Shown here: piece after piece, positions 55,501 through 64,000 of the stretch
Layout: each line of letters begins with the position of its first letter
How positions within the stretch are numbered: position 1 is the stretch's first letter
Virus record (IMG/VR): IMGVR_UViG_3300008107_000202
Reading direction: 5' to 3' (one strand)
DNA length: 64,000 bases
DNA from: a virus
Lineage: Duplodnaviria > Heunggongvirae > Uroviricota > Caudoviricetes
Program-made: the position numbers and the translations under genes
Notes under the pieces: generated by a model
Seen by the model: only the letters and a program-made list of their open reading frames with translations
Database searches by the model: none
Told to the model about the DNA's origin: nothing

Positions 55501-56048
55501 GTGCGGTCAGTGGTCGCTGGTCCCCTCCAGTATCAACTACAGGAACCGGGTTAGGTACATTCACAAGCAACGCTGTTACGGGCTTCTCAGCCGTCAACAA
55601 CCGTTGGCCGGGAGCTTGGGATGGAAGTCGCAGTCAGTGCTTTGTTCTAAATCTTGGCAACGGGGAGGGTGGCAACGTCGATTTTGGCCTGCGTGCCTAT
55701 CGCTGGAGTGACACAGGTGGTGTGGCTAATACTATCACGTTTAACACCAGTGCGACATACACCGCTTGGGTGGCTTCAGTACCCGAATATGCAGCGATGG
55801 ATTACGACCCAGACAATGACTGTTATCTGTTTATGCACAAAAAGCAGGCACCTGCTATTCAACGTATTAAACCTAACAGTGGTACAGTGTGGGATATGGA
55901 CACGTTGACTGTGGCAGGCGGCCCACCAACGGCTCGACCATCAGGTAATTATGGGCCTCAAGGCTCATTCAAATACGTGCCAGCGCTTCGCGGTTTCGCG
56001 TATCTGCCACGCGCAAATAGTAACATTTGGTTCATAAGGACGGCCTGA
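52533..56048 (+). CDS. large tail fibre/adhesin-like protein with poly-Pro linker and a central GC-rich (foreign-looking) domain
   Basis: GTG start after GGAGAA. PPPPSPPPPPPPPPPAAP; Ig-like Ser/Thr repeats. The central ~1.9 kb is visibly GC-rich. Confidence 0.5.
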   Translation: MPAIFSQQRVFASATPPPSPPPPPPPPPPPAAPGLTVSAGASSGTAGGGTVSGPTLTAPGGNLSSVNWSASASPSGLTISPSSGTLTPGQSVTPTLSSITAAIYAITVANNSGGTITGSAGNVQFYAPVPPPPPAPAPSGGVMQLTLTSATSGTLPFAAGYTFRQGDIPAGQGVVVSGATAQATIKSTWPDGSARIAVIAGTYTSAGSPVTLTMSAGTASTGTVLTTSDLDAALAGNNVIVDAGGLGLASWSAGADWASPFATWVSGHRMSSWIYRKPVGSDTHLVAWLEVRLYAGGAVEILPWIENGYLNVASPTNKSATYTFSMGGTTRFSGVIDLKHHQRTPLISGTGLSHWLGTDPGVTMRHDVAYLMSTEMVPTYRALTPAGASVVSSVCPTTFAPLQQGGYTYQSDSMSSGGAAGPIGLLPTHDVLYLTCAAADAARVYKAVVFNGYSAGRYRHHYRDETTNRPPLTSAYPTLWIDNNTPTPSGGEGPERDIAHHPSVGFMAYLVTGRWYFMEEAALSASFNHFVKSFNSVMRDGSKGLFQSCFGAWQTRSAAWTMRTWAQALAIIPDADTTLKADYLQVWHENVDKFHAQYVVQPGNPWGWVEPGEEYDATFRLGHGAPWQQDFVSAAVGYSRALDLTTDATRKARWQAFHEWKAQSTIKRLGPSDAFWYINGGVYGQRISPSALTADDYRNGTGTFYTPAQSYAQIVAGLTAASAPTGWIGTTEGVLNGEIMPGESAMWGNLTPSLAYAVRFGISGALAAYQRLVGAGNWIPLAAAFNAQPVWSVLPASGALPTWLASQPLNTWIEIPNTNGRVTTAVVNGVSEPVLTTGDGAFEAWGAFTVKGDTSELFIAASGGHGDSSDNRVVSISLSSDTPTWVLRSQPSTVVQLDRTSGYYLDGKPTSRHLYDDIFYLPQLQRVMMVGGRAIYGGGGPETPAVTGFDVNSNTWDTEGKFTSVVQSGGTPFGMVMNKRTGAVFTTILGAVSGRWSPPVSTTGTGLGTFTSNAVTGFSAVNNRWPGAWDGSRSQCFVLNLGNGEGGNVDFGLRAYRWSDTGGVANTITFNTSATYTAWVASVPEYAAMDYDPDNDCYLFMHKKQAPAIQRIKPNSGTVWDMDTLTVAGGPPTARPSGNYGPQGSFKYVPALRGFAYLPRANSNIWFIRTA

Positions 56049-56049
56049 C

Positions 56050-58158
56050 ATGGCAATCACACTAAACGGTATAAATCAATACCTCGACATCGCTCAGAGG
56101 GTTGTCGGCTCATCGTTTCCATTCACCATCGTCGCATATGTGGCGAACGTAGGGTCTGAAACTAACGGTGGCTCGGAACGCACAGTCGTTTCAATGAGCC
56201 AACTATCAGCGGACAAGTGGGTCCGCATGTCTATCGGCGGCGGCAATAGTAGTAAGTTCGCCGGTCTTCGTTACAACACAGACGCAAATGCCACTAAGAC
56301 CACACCTCCCGACTTCTCAGATTCCAACTGGAATCTTCAGATGGGTGTTTACAATACGACTTCACAAGCTGTCTGGTTTGGCGACACCAGCGAAGAAGTT
56401 AACCCTGCTACAGTAACCGATCAAACCGGCGACCTGAACACAACCAGTATCGGCGTAATTCAGCGCAACACGAGTGAGAAAATTCTCTACTACAAGGGTT
56501 CGATTGCGGAGGTGCATTTCTACAACCGAGCATTGACCGACACTGATTACATAGCGCTGACGACTGGTACGCTCCCAGAGAACGTCGCAGATTGGATTGA
56601 CGGTTGGACGCTGCTGAATAACTCAGATTTGACCAGCATCAGCGGTACGCGCACGTTGTCAGCGTACAACTCGCCGACGACTTCGGCTCTACCACACCCA
56701 ATCAGTCGTGGCGTTCCAACTCTTTCCGCTCCAACAGTCGTAAGCACTGGCAATACCATTTCTACAGTTAGAGTAACAACCGACGTTGCACCTTCTGGTT
56801 CTTCAACATTGGCAATTCAAGTTCTACCTGCTGCTACAGCTACACCTACTGCTGCTGCTATTCTTGCAGCACCTACTTTGACAATCACTAGTGGTGCAAC
56901 TGGTGCTCGTGATTTCAACCTGACTGGTCTTACTAACGGTACAGCTTATCGAGCGCACTTTGCTCAAACTGGCCCAAGTAACGTTGTAAGTACAGCAAGT
57001 TTTACTCCGAGTACAGTCCCTGGTGCTCCAACAATTGGTACTGCTACAGTAGGTAATGCTCAAGCAACGGTAAACGGTACTGCTCCTGCAAGTAATGGTG
57101 GTTCAGCAATTACTGGATATCGTTCAACAGCGACACCCGGTGGTAGTACGGTAACTGGTGTTTCATTGCCAATTACTCACACTGGACTTACTAACGGTAC
57201 AGCTTATACCTTCACGCTTGCTGCACAAAACGCTAACGGTTTTGGAGCAGAGAGTGCGTCGTCCAATAGTGTAACACCGACTAGTGGTGGTGATACGACT
57301 AACCCGACAATGACAGGTGTAGTCTCATCGTCAGGTATTACATCTGCTGGTGCGACAATTAGCTGGTCAGCAGGTAGCGACAACGTTGCAGTTACAGGAT
57401 ACGAGTATAGACTGAACGGTGGTTCTTATGTTTCAGTAGGAAACGTTCTGACTACTGCATTGTCTGGACTTACACCTTCGACTGCTTACACGGTGGATGT
57501 TCGTGCATTCGACGCTGCTGGCAATAGAAGTACAGCTATCACAGGTAACTTCACAACGAGTGCTGCTTCGGACACCACGCCTCCTACGCTAACTGGTTCA
57601 ATTACGGTTGGAACAGTTACAGCTAGTTCTGTTCAGATTAGCTGGCCTGCGGGTAGCGACAACGTTGCGGTTACAGCGTATGAAGTAAGTTCGAACGGTG
57701 GAACCTCGTACTCAAACGTAGGTAATGTTCTGACATTTACATTTACAGGTCTTTCACCTAGCACTTCTTACTCATTCAGAGTAAGAGCTAGAGACGCTGC
57801 TGGTAACGTAAGTTCTGCACTTTCTGTAACTCAGTCAACAAACGCTGGCTCATCAATAATTCTTAAACGAATTGTTGTGGTTCTTACTACAAACGGAACT
57901 GCACCAGCTGCTTCACTTGTTAACCTCAAGTGGGCTTTCTTTGATGAGAATCGTCCTGACCTGTTCAACGGTCCAAGTTGTCAAGGTGCTACAGAGATTA
58001 CTGACCTGAGTGGTGTTCTTGAAATCGACGTTACAGACTCAAGCTTGGCAATTGGACAGACTGGATGGCTGATCATTACCGACAGTGATGGTACGGTATT
58101 CCAGAATCCTCCTGCTAAAGCTTTTAGTGCTCCAGTACAAGTAATTGCCGCTTCATGA
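56050..58158 (+). CDS. tail fibre/adhesin with N-terminal ConA/LamG-like lectin domain and fibronectin type III repeats
   Basis: Repeated SWSAGSDNVAVTGYEY..GLTPSTAYTVDVRAFDAAGN FN3 units. Confidence 0.5.
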   Translation: MAITLNGINQYLDIAQRVVGSSFPFTIVAYVANVGSETNGGSERTVVSMSQLSADKWVRMSIGGGNSSKFAGLRYNTDANATKTTPPDFSDSNWNLQMGVYNTTSQAVWFGDTSEEVNPATVTDQTGDLNTTSIGVIQRNTSEKILYYKGSIAEVHFYNRALTDTDYIALTTGTLPENVADWIDGWTLLNNSDLTSISGTRTLSAYNSPTTSALPHPISRGVPTLSAPTVVSTGNTISTVRVTTDVAPSGSSTLAIQVLPAATATPTAAAILAAPTLTITSGATGARDFNLTGLTNGTAYRAHFAQTGPSNVVSTASFTPSTVPGAPTIGTATVGNAQATVNGTAPASNGGSAITGYRSTATPGGSTVTGVSLPITHTGLTNGTAYTFTLAAQNANGFGAESASSNSVTPTSGGDTTNPTMTGVVSSSGITSAGATISWSAGSDNVAVTGYEYRLNGGSYVSVGNVLTTALSGLTPSTAYTVDVRAFDAAGNRSTAITGNFTTSAASDTTPPTLTGSITVGTVTASSVQISWPAGSDNVAVTAYEVSSNGGTSYSNVGNVLTFTFTGLSPSTSYSFRVRARDAAGNVSSALSVTQSTNAGSSIILKRIVVVLTTNGTAPAASLVNLKWAFFDENRPDLFNGPSCQGATEITDLSGVLEIDVTDSSLAIGQTGWLIITDSDGTVFQNPPAKAFSAPVQVIAAS

Positions 58159-58188
58159 AAAAAATGGGGGTGAAATTCCCCCATTTAC

Positions 58189-58217
58189 TTGACATTTTGT
58201 TGTTTTTATGATACAAT
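58189..58217 (+). promoter_or_regulatory. sigma70-like promoter TTGACA-N17-TACAAT, preceded by hairpin AATGGGGG..CCCCCATT
   Basis: Read directly. Confidence 0.5.
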
Positions 58218-58249
58218 AGCGTCTCACAGTTATGTAATGGAGGAAATGT

Positions 58250-58990
58250 ATGCAAGAGACAAGAAAGTACACTCCACCGGATGCTGTGCTAAAGAACATG
58301 CGTCGAGGTCGAAGCATTGCAGTCATGAAAAACCGCAAGCCTACCATCGACAAATTGAGCACTGAGTTTAGTCTAAATGATATTAAAGAACTCTACACGA
58401 AGCAAACGAAGTTTATCGGTAAGTCGATTAACCCACTTGCTCGACTAGCAGATGGTGGACCGTCTGATGGTTTTCTTGAGTTTCTTACGACTGGCGGAAA
58501 AGCAGGTTTAGCTTGGACTCGAAAAGTGCTTAAAGAAAATGGAGTTCTGAAAAGCTACGGTGACACCATCACTGAAGCTGAACTCAACACAGAAGAAAAA
58601 GTTGTAGGTTTCGATCTTCCAATTGAGAAACAACACAATGATGAACTGATGCAGGTAACTTATGTTGCAATGCTCCCCGACTCTACCGATCTGACTGGTG
58701 ACTATACATCAGCAGAAGACGTTCGTAAAGCGATGGAATCATTTAACAAAAGTGCAATGCGAGCTAATCTTTTCCACAGAGTCATGACTGATAAGTTTCA
58801 TGTTGTGGAATCATATCTCGCACCTACCGATTTTGTGCTCAATGAAATTCCGGTAACAAAAGGCACTTGGCTCATGACTTTCCAGATTAATGATGAGAAT
58901 ATCTGGAAGATGATTAAGTCTGGTGATATCACAGGTATCAGCATTGGTGCCCGCGCAACAGTCGAAACCTTAGAGGATGATGATGACTAA
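58250..58990 (+). CDS. head morphogenesis protein (possible prohead protease)
   Basis: Position immediately before the scaffold gene; no motif confirmed. Confidence 0.3.
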   Translation: MQETRKYTPPDAVLKNMRRGRSIAVMKNRKPTIDKLSTEFSLNDIKELYTKQTKFIGKSINPLARLADGGPSDGFLEFLTTGGKAGLAWTRKVLKENGVLKSYGDTITEAELNTEEKVVGFDLPIEKQHNDELMQVTYVAMLPDSTDLTGDYTSAEDVRKAMESFNKSAMRANLFHRVMTDKFHVVESYLAPTDFVLNEIPVTKGTWLMTFQINDENIWKMIKSGDITGISIGARATVETLEDDDD

Positions 58991-59972
58991 ACCGAAACGA
59001 ACTCTAAAGAACATCGACTTCAGTAAAGAAGACAGCCACATCGCACTGGTTGGTCCCGCTGTAGGTGGACCAGCAAATGGTGCTGATTATGCACTAGTGA
59101 TGAAAGCAGTAAGTTTTAGTGAAGAAGCTATTGAGAAGATGCAGTCGATCAAGGTCACAATGAGTGTGCCTGATTTCCTACGCAAATTCTTTGGTCTTTA
59201 CTACGAAGACGCTGAAGTTCTAGCTCGTGTCATGGGTTATGTTCCGCCTGAGTCTGACGAATCAGATTCTGAGACATCTTACGAAGACTGGATTCAATCC
59301 AAGGTTGAATCGTTCGAGATTCTGAAGTCACTTCAAGAGTCAACGGATGTTGAAACGCGATTGTCTGAACTAGATGAAGAACAATACATGTCTTTCATGC
59401 TTGATCAAGAAACCATTGAGAAGGCACTGAAGAAGTATGAAAAAGATTCCAAGGCTACTGCCAAACCAAAGGCTAGAGTCAAGGATGCCTCACCCGCTAG
59501 CGAGGAAAGAAAAGAAGAGGCGTCTGCCTCTGGTTCAAAACCAAATGTGGAGAAATCTATGACAAAAACTATCGAAACCGAAGTTACGGTTGAAATGGTT
59601 GAAAAGTCAGCCCTGGAAAACATTCAAAAGTCTCTGACTGAGACGATGGAAGAACTTCAGAAGGCTAAGGACGAAGTAAATCAATTCCGCAAAGAACGTG
59701 CAGAAGCTATTCGCAAGTCTCGCTTTGACGCACTGAAGACTGCAGTCAAGGATGAAGCAAAAGCTGAAGTTCTTTTCAAAGCTGTAAGTCTAGTAGAGAA
59801 ACAAGAAGACTTTGACGCTGTTGTCAAGGTTCTTGCTGAGATGAATAGTGCTGTTGAAAAGTCAGCATTGTTTGAAGAAAAAGGTGCAAGTGCAGAAACG
59901 ACTACGACTCTCGTGAAAGAGAATCCTATCGTCAAGGCTCTTCGCGCACAAAAAATCATTAATGAAAAGTAA
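58977..59972 (+). CDS. scaffold protein
   Basis: Acidic, coiled-coil, Glu/Lys-rich. Confidence 0.5.
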   Translation: MMMTKPKRTLKNIDFSKEDSHIALVGPAVGGPANGADYALVMKAVSFSEEAIEKMQSIKVTMSVPDFLRKFFGLYYEDAEVLARVMGYVPPESDESDSETSYEDWIQSKVESFEILKSLQESTDVETRLSELDEEQYMSFMLDQETIEKALKKYEKDSKATAKPKARVKDASPASEERKEEASASGSKPNVEKSMTKTIETEVTVEMVEKSALENIQKSLTETMEELQKAKDEVNQFRKERAEAIRKSRFDALKTAVKDEAKAEVLFKAVSLVEKQEDFDAVVKVLAEMNSAVEKSALFEEKGASAETTTTLVKENPIVKALRAQKIINEK

Positions 59973-59986
59973 ACGAGGAATAAATC

Positions 59987-60388
59987 ATGCCTGCTCCATT
60001 TGCTACTGATACCTTCCGTTTTAGCCACCTTGTGAAGCACGAATATGAGCCGAACTTCGCTTACTGCCGCGATGTTCTTGTTGCTAACGAAGCCGGTGCT
60101 CGTACCTATGTTGTAGGTACTGTACTTGGTCGCGTTACTGCAAACGGTAAAGTTCGTATTGCTGTACAAACTGCCTCAGACGGTTCACAAAACGCTTTCG
60201 CCATCTGCCTTGAAGACAGAGCTATTCCTGCTACCACAGACACTCGTGTACTGTGCCTAGTTCGTGGTCCAGCTATTGTTTCCAAGTTCGCTCTGGTACT
60301 CGACGCAACGTTCGACCTTCTGGCTGAACAGAATGCGCTGTACGCACAGCTTGAAGCTCTCGGCATTCGTGTAAACGACGCTGTTTAA
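59987..60388 (+). CDS. head decoration protein (lambda gpD-like)
   Basis: Size and position before the major capsid gene. Confidence 0.4.
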   Translation: MPAPFATDTFRFSHLVKHEYEPNFAYCRDVLVANEAGARTYVVGTVLGRVTANGKVRIAVQTASDGSQNAFAICLEDRAIPATTDTRVLCLVRGPAIVSKFALVLDATFDLLAEQNALYAQLEALGIRVNDAV

Positions 60389-60415
60389 TTCTAACTACAA
60401 CTAAGGACTATTACA

Positions 60416-61432
60416 ATGCCTACAGTTCGTTCATTTGAAAAGCCGTTTGAGCTTGTAGACTATACCGAAGAACTGAATCTGATTCCCAATACCTGGGGTC
60501 TGATCAATGAGCTTGGTATTTTCCGTAGTGAGCCTGTTGCTCAGCACAGCATCACTATCGAATCTAAAGCTGGTACTCTCGGTGTAATCACTGACCAAGT
60601 TCGCGGTGCTCGTAACCTTGTCAACAGAGACGAAGTTGCTGCCCTGCGTTCATTCGCAATCCCTCACTTCCCGCTTGACGATGCTGTCAGCCCGCAAGAC
60701 CTTCAAGGTAAGCGTGCTTATGGTACCGCTGACCAAGCTGAAACGGAAGCTGCTGTAATCGCTCGTAAGCTGGCTCGTATTCGTATGAACCACGCAGTTA
60801 CGATGGAAACTGCTCGCGCATTTGCCATCACGAACGGTGCAGTTTACGCTCCCAACGGTACGGTTGTTGGTAACTACTACAGTGACTTCGGTGTTACTCG
60901 TCGTGAAGTTGACTTCGTGCTTGGTACCGCAGGTACTGACGTTATCGCTAAGGCTGAAGAAGTTATCGCGCACATTCAGGACAACATTCTGAGTGGTGAA
61001 AGCGTAACGAGTGTCGTGGCTCTTTGCAGCCCTGCATTCTTCGGCAAGCTGATTGCTCAAGCTGGTATCAAGGAAGCTTACAAGTTCTACACTTCGACAC
61101 AAGAACCTCTGCGCCAGCGCCTTGGTTCAGGTCTGTTCCGCCGCTTCGAACACGGTGGTGTGGAGTTTATCGAGTACCGTGGTTCATACAACGGTGTTCC
61201 TCTGATTCCTGCAAACGATGCTTACTTCGTTCCGCGTGGTACTGCTGACATGTTCATCAGCTACTTCTCGCCTGCGAACAAGTTCTCGCACGTTAACACG
61301 CTTGGTGAGGAAGCTTACGCCTTCTCATACCGTGATAGTAAGGATGAAAAGATTGAACTTCAGACTGAGCACAACGCTCTTCACCTGATCCGTCGTCCTG
61401 CTGCGGTTGTCCGTGGCTTCACAAGCAACTAA
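60416..61432 (+). CDS. major capsid protein (lambda gpE-like family)
   Basis: 338 aa; followed by a strong terminator. Confidence 0.6.
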   Translation: MPTVRSFEKPFELVDYTEELNLIPNTWGLINELGIFRSEPVAQHSITIESKAGTLGVITDQVRGARNLVNRDEVAALRSFAIPHFPLDDAVSPQDLQGKRAYGTADQAETEAAVIARKLARIRMNHAVTMETARAFAITNGAVYAPNGTVVGNYYSDFGVTRREVDFVLGTAGTDVIAKAEEVIAHIQDNILSGESVTSVVALCSPAFFGKLIAQAGIKEAYKFYTSTQEPLRQRLGSGLFRRFEHGGVEFIEYRGSYNGVPLIPANDAYFVPRGTADMFISYFSPANKFSHVNTLGEEAYAFSYRDSKDEKIELQTEHNALHLIRRPAAVVRGFTSN

Positions 61433-61449
61433 TCACTGCTTGTACGACA

Positions 61450-61473
61450 GAGCCCCTTCGGGGGCTCTTATTA
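61450..61473 (+). terminator. Rho-independent terminator AGAGCCCC-TTCG-GGGGCTCT + TATT
   Basis: Read directly. Confidence 0.55.
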
Positions 61474-61512
61474 AAGTATTCATGTGAGTGCTTTACTAAG
61501 AGAGGAAACACA

Positions 61513-61932
61513 ATGGCTACACCAGAACAAATTCAACAAGTAAGATATGAACTGGCAGACACGGACGTTGGTTTCCCGATGTTGTCAGATCAAGAGTACA
61601 CATACTTCATTGACAAAAACAACTCAAGCATTCGTCGTGCAATGATCGATGCAGCTAAGAGTATCCTGTTTAAGCTATCGATGCGTGGTGATGAAACCGT
61701 TGACATCTTCAGTGTAAAAGGATCGAAAGCTGCTGAACAGTATCGAATGGCTCTACAGTTGTTCATTAAGAATCCTGACTTCAATCCTGCACTGACACTC
61801 GCTGGCGCTTATGCTGGTGGTATCTCCAAACAGGATATGCGTGAGAACATCCTTAACGAAGACAACAACGCTGTGCTTGTACCAACTGACCCAAAGACTT
61901 ATCCTGATAACTATTTTGAGGTACCGGAATGA
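61513..61932 (+). CDS. head-tail connector/completion protein (hypothetical)
   Basis: Gene order only. Confidence 0.3.
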   Translation: MATPEQIQQVRYELADTDVGFPMLSDQEYTYFIDKNNSSIRRAMIDAAKSILFKLSMRGDETVDIFSVKGSKAAEQYRMALQLFIKNPDFNPALTLAGAYAGGISKQDMRENILNEDNNAVLVPTDPKTYPDNYFEVPE

Positions 61933-62285
61933 ATCTCTTTGTAATCTCTACAAACAGAATGATTGACCGCTTTGGTGCAAACGTTACGTTCAGGAGAATT
62001 GTAAACGGAGCATACGACTTCGATACAGGCGCTGTTAGTTCGACACAAGTTGATACTACAGCCAAAGCTTACAAGAGACAGATTGAGGCTAGTCAATACA
62101 ACTACCCGAATCTGATCGGTAAAGAGGTTGCTGAGTTCTATGCTAAAGCTGCACTATTCACAGAGAAACCAACCGTCAACGACAAGGTTGTCTCTGGAAC
62201 TGACACGTACACTGTGCAACGAGTTTCCGAGCATGGTGCGATGGGTGAAGTTATTCTATATCGACTTCTCTGTGTGAAAACATGA
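61929..62285 (+). CDS. head-tail joining protein (hypothetical)
   Basis: Gene order only. Confidence 0.3.
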   Translation: MNLFVISTNRMIDRFGANVTFRRIVNGAYDFDTGAVSSTQVDTTAKAYKRQIEASQYNYPNLIGKEVAEFYAKAALFTEKPTVNDKVVSGTDTYTVQRVSEHGAMGEVILYRLLCVKT

Positions 62286-62890
62286 TTGATATGAATCTGG
62301 ATGAAGTGCTAAAGAGTCTTGTGAAAGTTGAAGAGACTTTCGTGCGTAAGCTCGATTTCATGTTCACCGGATTCTTCTATGAGCTTACCGAAAAAGCTGT
62401 AATGAATACACCTTTCGGTAATTCTGACACTAATGCAGACAAGTATGAAGCCAGAAGCTATACGTTCTTCGGTCGAATGCTACCAACTACAGAAGGTACT
62501 GCACGTAACTCGTGGCGTTTCTCTGCTCCTGTTGGTGCTGGTGATGTTCGTAACGCTAACTTCTTGTTTACCTCACCAAGCTCTACTTATCTAGGTGGAT
62601 GGCTTGCTGGTGATGAACAAGGAAGTGTGTCTCTAGGTAGAGTAAAGACTCAAATCTCAGACTTCGATGTAATGAAGAATGGATTCGTTGTCATCTACAA
62701 CAACGCACCTTACATCACGAAGAACAAAGGTTATTTCCCTAGTGGACGAGATTGGTCGGGTGCGACAATGGGTCTAGAACAAGGTCATTCTACTCAAGCT
62801 CCTTCTGGTATTACAAAGCCTACAATTGCTGATATTCAAGCAATCTACAAAGCGTCAGGCAAGTTCAAATCACTATTCGATCAGGGGTAA
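62282..62890 (+). CDS. tail completion protein (hypothetical)
   Basis: Gene order only. Confidence 0.3.
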   Translation: MIDMNLDEVLKSLVKVEETFVRKLDFMFTGFFYELTEKAVMNTPFGNSDTNADKYEARSYTFFGRMLPTTEGTARNSWRFSAPVGAGDVRNANFLFTSPSSTYLGGWLAGDEQGSVSLGRVKTQISDFDVMKNGFVVIYNNAPYITKNKGYFPSGRDWSGATMGLEQGHSTQAPSGITKPTIADIQAIYKASGKFKSLFDQG

Positions 62891-62891
62891 C

Positions 62892-63305
62892 ATGCCAGAT
62901 ACTGTACTAAAAACAATTCTTACTCTACAGAAAGCGATTAGAGACGTAGTGTCTCCGATTCCTCTTGCTGTGGAAAGTGTAGAGTTTGATCCTCCAGATG
63001 ATGCACTTTATGTTCGTTGTCAGATCATTCCTACAGCAGTAGAAGACCCTGTATTCGGATCGAAGTACAGACGAGAACTTTACCAAGTTCAACTCTTTAT
63101 TGTTGGTCCAATCAATCAGGGTGTGGCTGCAACAATGCAAACTGCCGGTAATCTTAGATCGACATTTGCTCGTGGATACGAAATCATTAAAGACAATCTT
63201 CGCATTAGAGTTTTCACTACACCTAACATGGGTGGAAATCTAATTCTAGACAATGCGGTGGTAACACCCTTGGTTGTGCCTGTGACTGTCGAAGTATACG
63301 ACTAG
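62892..63305 (+). CDS. tail terminator-like protein (hypothetical)
   Basis: ATG immediately after the upstream stop. Confidence 0.3.
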   Translation: MPDTVLKTILTLQKAIRDVVSPIPLAVESVEFDPPDDALYVRCQIIPTAVEDPVFGSKYRRELYQVQLFIVGPINQGVAATMQTAGNLRSTFARGYEIIKDNLRIRVFTTPNMGGNLILDNAVVTPLVVPVTVEVYD

Positions 63306-63385
63306 GGTTTCAGGTTTTGTCGAGTGTACCTAAAACATTCGAACTCTTTGCAAAGTGAAACAAACTAATACATAAGGAATCTGAC

Positions 63386-64000
63386 ATGCCAATTGCAACA
63401 GGTGTAAACAAGCAGGTTGGTTACAAGCAAGAAACGACATGGGGTACACTTGCGGGTGCTGCTTCTGGCAAACTGCTACGTCGTGTTACAGCTAACTTTA
63501 ACCTGACAAAAGAAACGTATGAATCTGGTGAGATTCGTACTGACTATCAAATCGCAGACATGCGTCACGGTGTTCGCAGCGTTGACGGTAGTCTAAGTGG
63601 TGAACTTTCTCCCGGTAGCTACGCTGATTTCTTCGGTGCTGCTCTATCCCGTGACTTCGCTACTGTAGCTCCTATCACTACTCTGAGCATCACAATCGCA
63701 ACAGGTGTAGCAATCGGTAGCGTTTCAACATGGAACGTAACTCGTGCTGCTGGTTCATGGTTGACGGATGGCATTAAGATCGGTGACGTAATTCGATTTA
63801 CTGCTGGTACTTTCCAAGCCGCTAACACTGCCAAGAACATGGTTGTGCTTTCTGTAACTGGTACTGTGCTGAACGTTATCCCGTTGAACGGTGTAGCGAT
63901 GGCAGTAGAAGGTTCTGCAGTTACTGGTGCTACAGTTGCCGTAATTGGTAAGAAGACTTTTGCTCCTACCAGTGGTCACGTTGACCGTTCATACACGTTC
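63386..64000 (+). CDS. major tail (tube) protein, 3'-truncated by the window end
   Basis: RBS TAAGGAA plus ATG; open to the window end; Ser/Thr/Gly/Val-rich. Confidence 0.45.
   Translation, partial: MPIATGVNKQVGYKQETTWGTLAGAASGKLLRRVTANFNLTKETYESGEIRTDYQIADMRHGVRSVDGSLSGELSPGSYADFFGAALSRDFATVAPITTLSITIATGVAIGSVSTWNVTRAAGSWLTDGIKIGDVIRFTAGTFQAANTAKNMVVLSVTGTVLNVIPLNGVAMAVEGSAVTGATVAVIGKKTFAPTSGHVDRSYTF

Overview
This 64-kb window is a bacteriophage segment: several modules of a large, probably virulent tailed dsDNA phage. I found no integrase or host genes.

Modules, left to right:
1. 1-~10000, minus strand: an accessory tRNA island. It holds at least 14 recognisable tRNA genes plus several degenerate or insertion-bearing tRNA-like elements. 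Three paralogous HNH homing-endonuclease genes are interleaved with them. Two vWA/MIDAS proteins are here; one shows clear Ro60 (TROVE/vWA) similarity in its C-terminal vWA domain. A SLOG-type protein with a neighbouring Gly-rich Rossmann-like protein, a dCMP deaminase and small ORFs complete the block.
2. 10361-38461, plus strand: an early/middle block. It encodes an Rnl5-like RNA ligase, a T7 gp4-like primase-helicase, a family-B DNA polymerase, Prs, NAMPT/NadV and a P-loop kinase. Further along are an Rnl2-like ligase, a calcineurin-like phosphoesterase, ThyX, a SleB-like hydrolase, a Mesh1/SpoT-like (p)ppGpp hydrolase and a dual-specificity phosphatase. Many small ORFs sit behind two families of repeated promoter cassettes.
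3. 38462-39480: about 1 kb of non-coding, repeat- and hairpin-rich DNA.
4. ~39480-41740: a conspicuously GC-rich island of small unknown genes.
5. 42369-44041, minus strand: a ClpP-like protease and PhoH module.
6. 44729-end, plus strand: a structural block. It encodes TerS-like, HNH, TerL and portal proteins, four large fibre/adhesin-like proteins, then scaffold, gpD-like decoration, gpE-like major capsid, head-tail joining and tail-tube proteins.

The tail-protein gene at 52533..56048 carries a central GC-rich mosaic segment.

The most interesting candidate system is a phage-encoded Ro60/Rsr-like protein lying directly upstream of non-canonical tRNA-like (Y-RNA-like) RNAs, with split RNA-repair enzymes elsewhere in the window.

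All calls come from motif reading by eye. G+C statements are by inspection, not computed.
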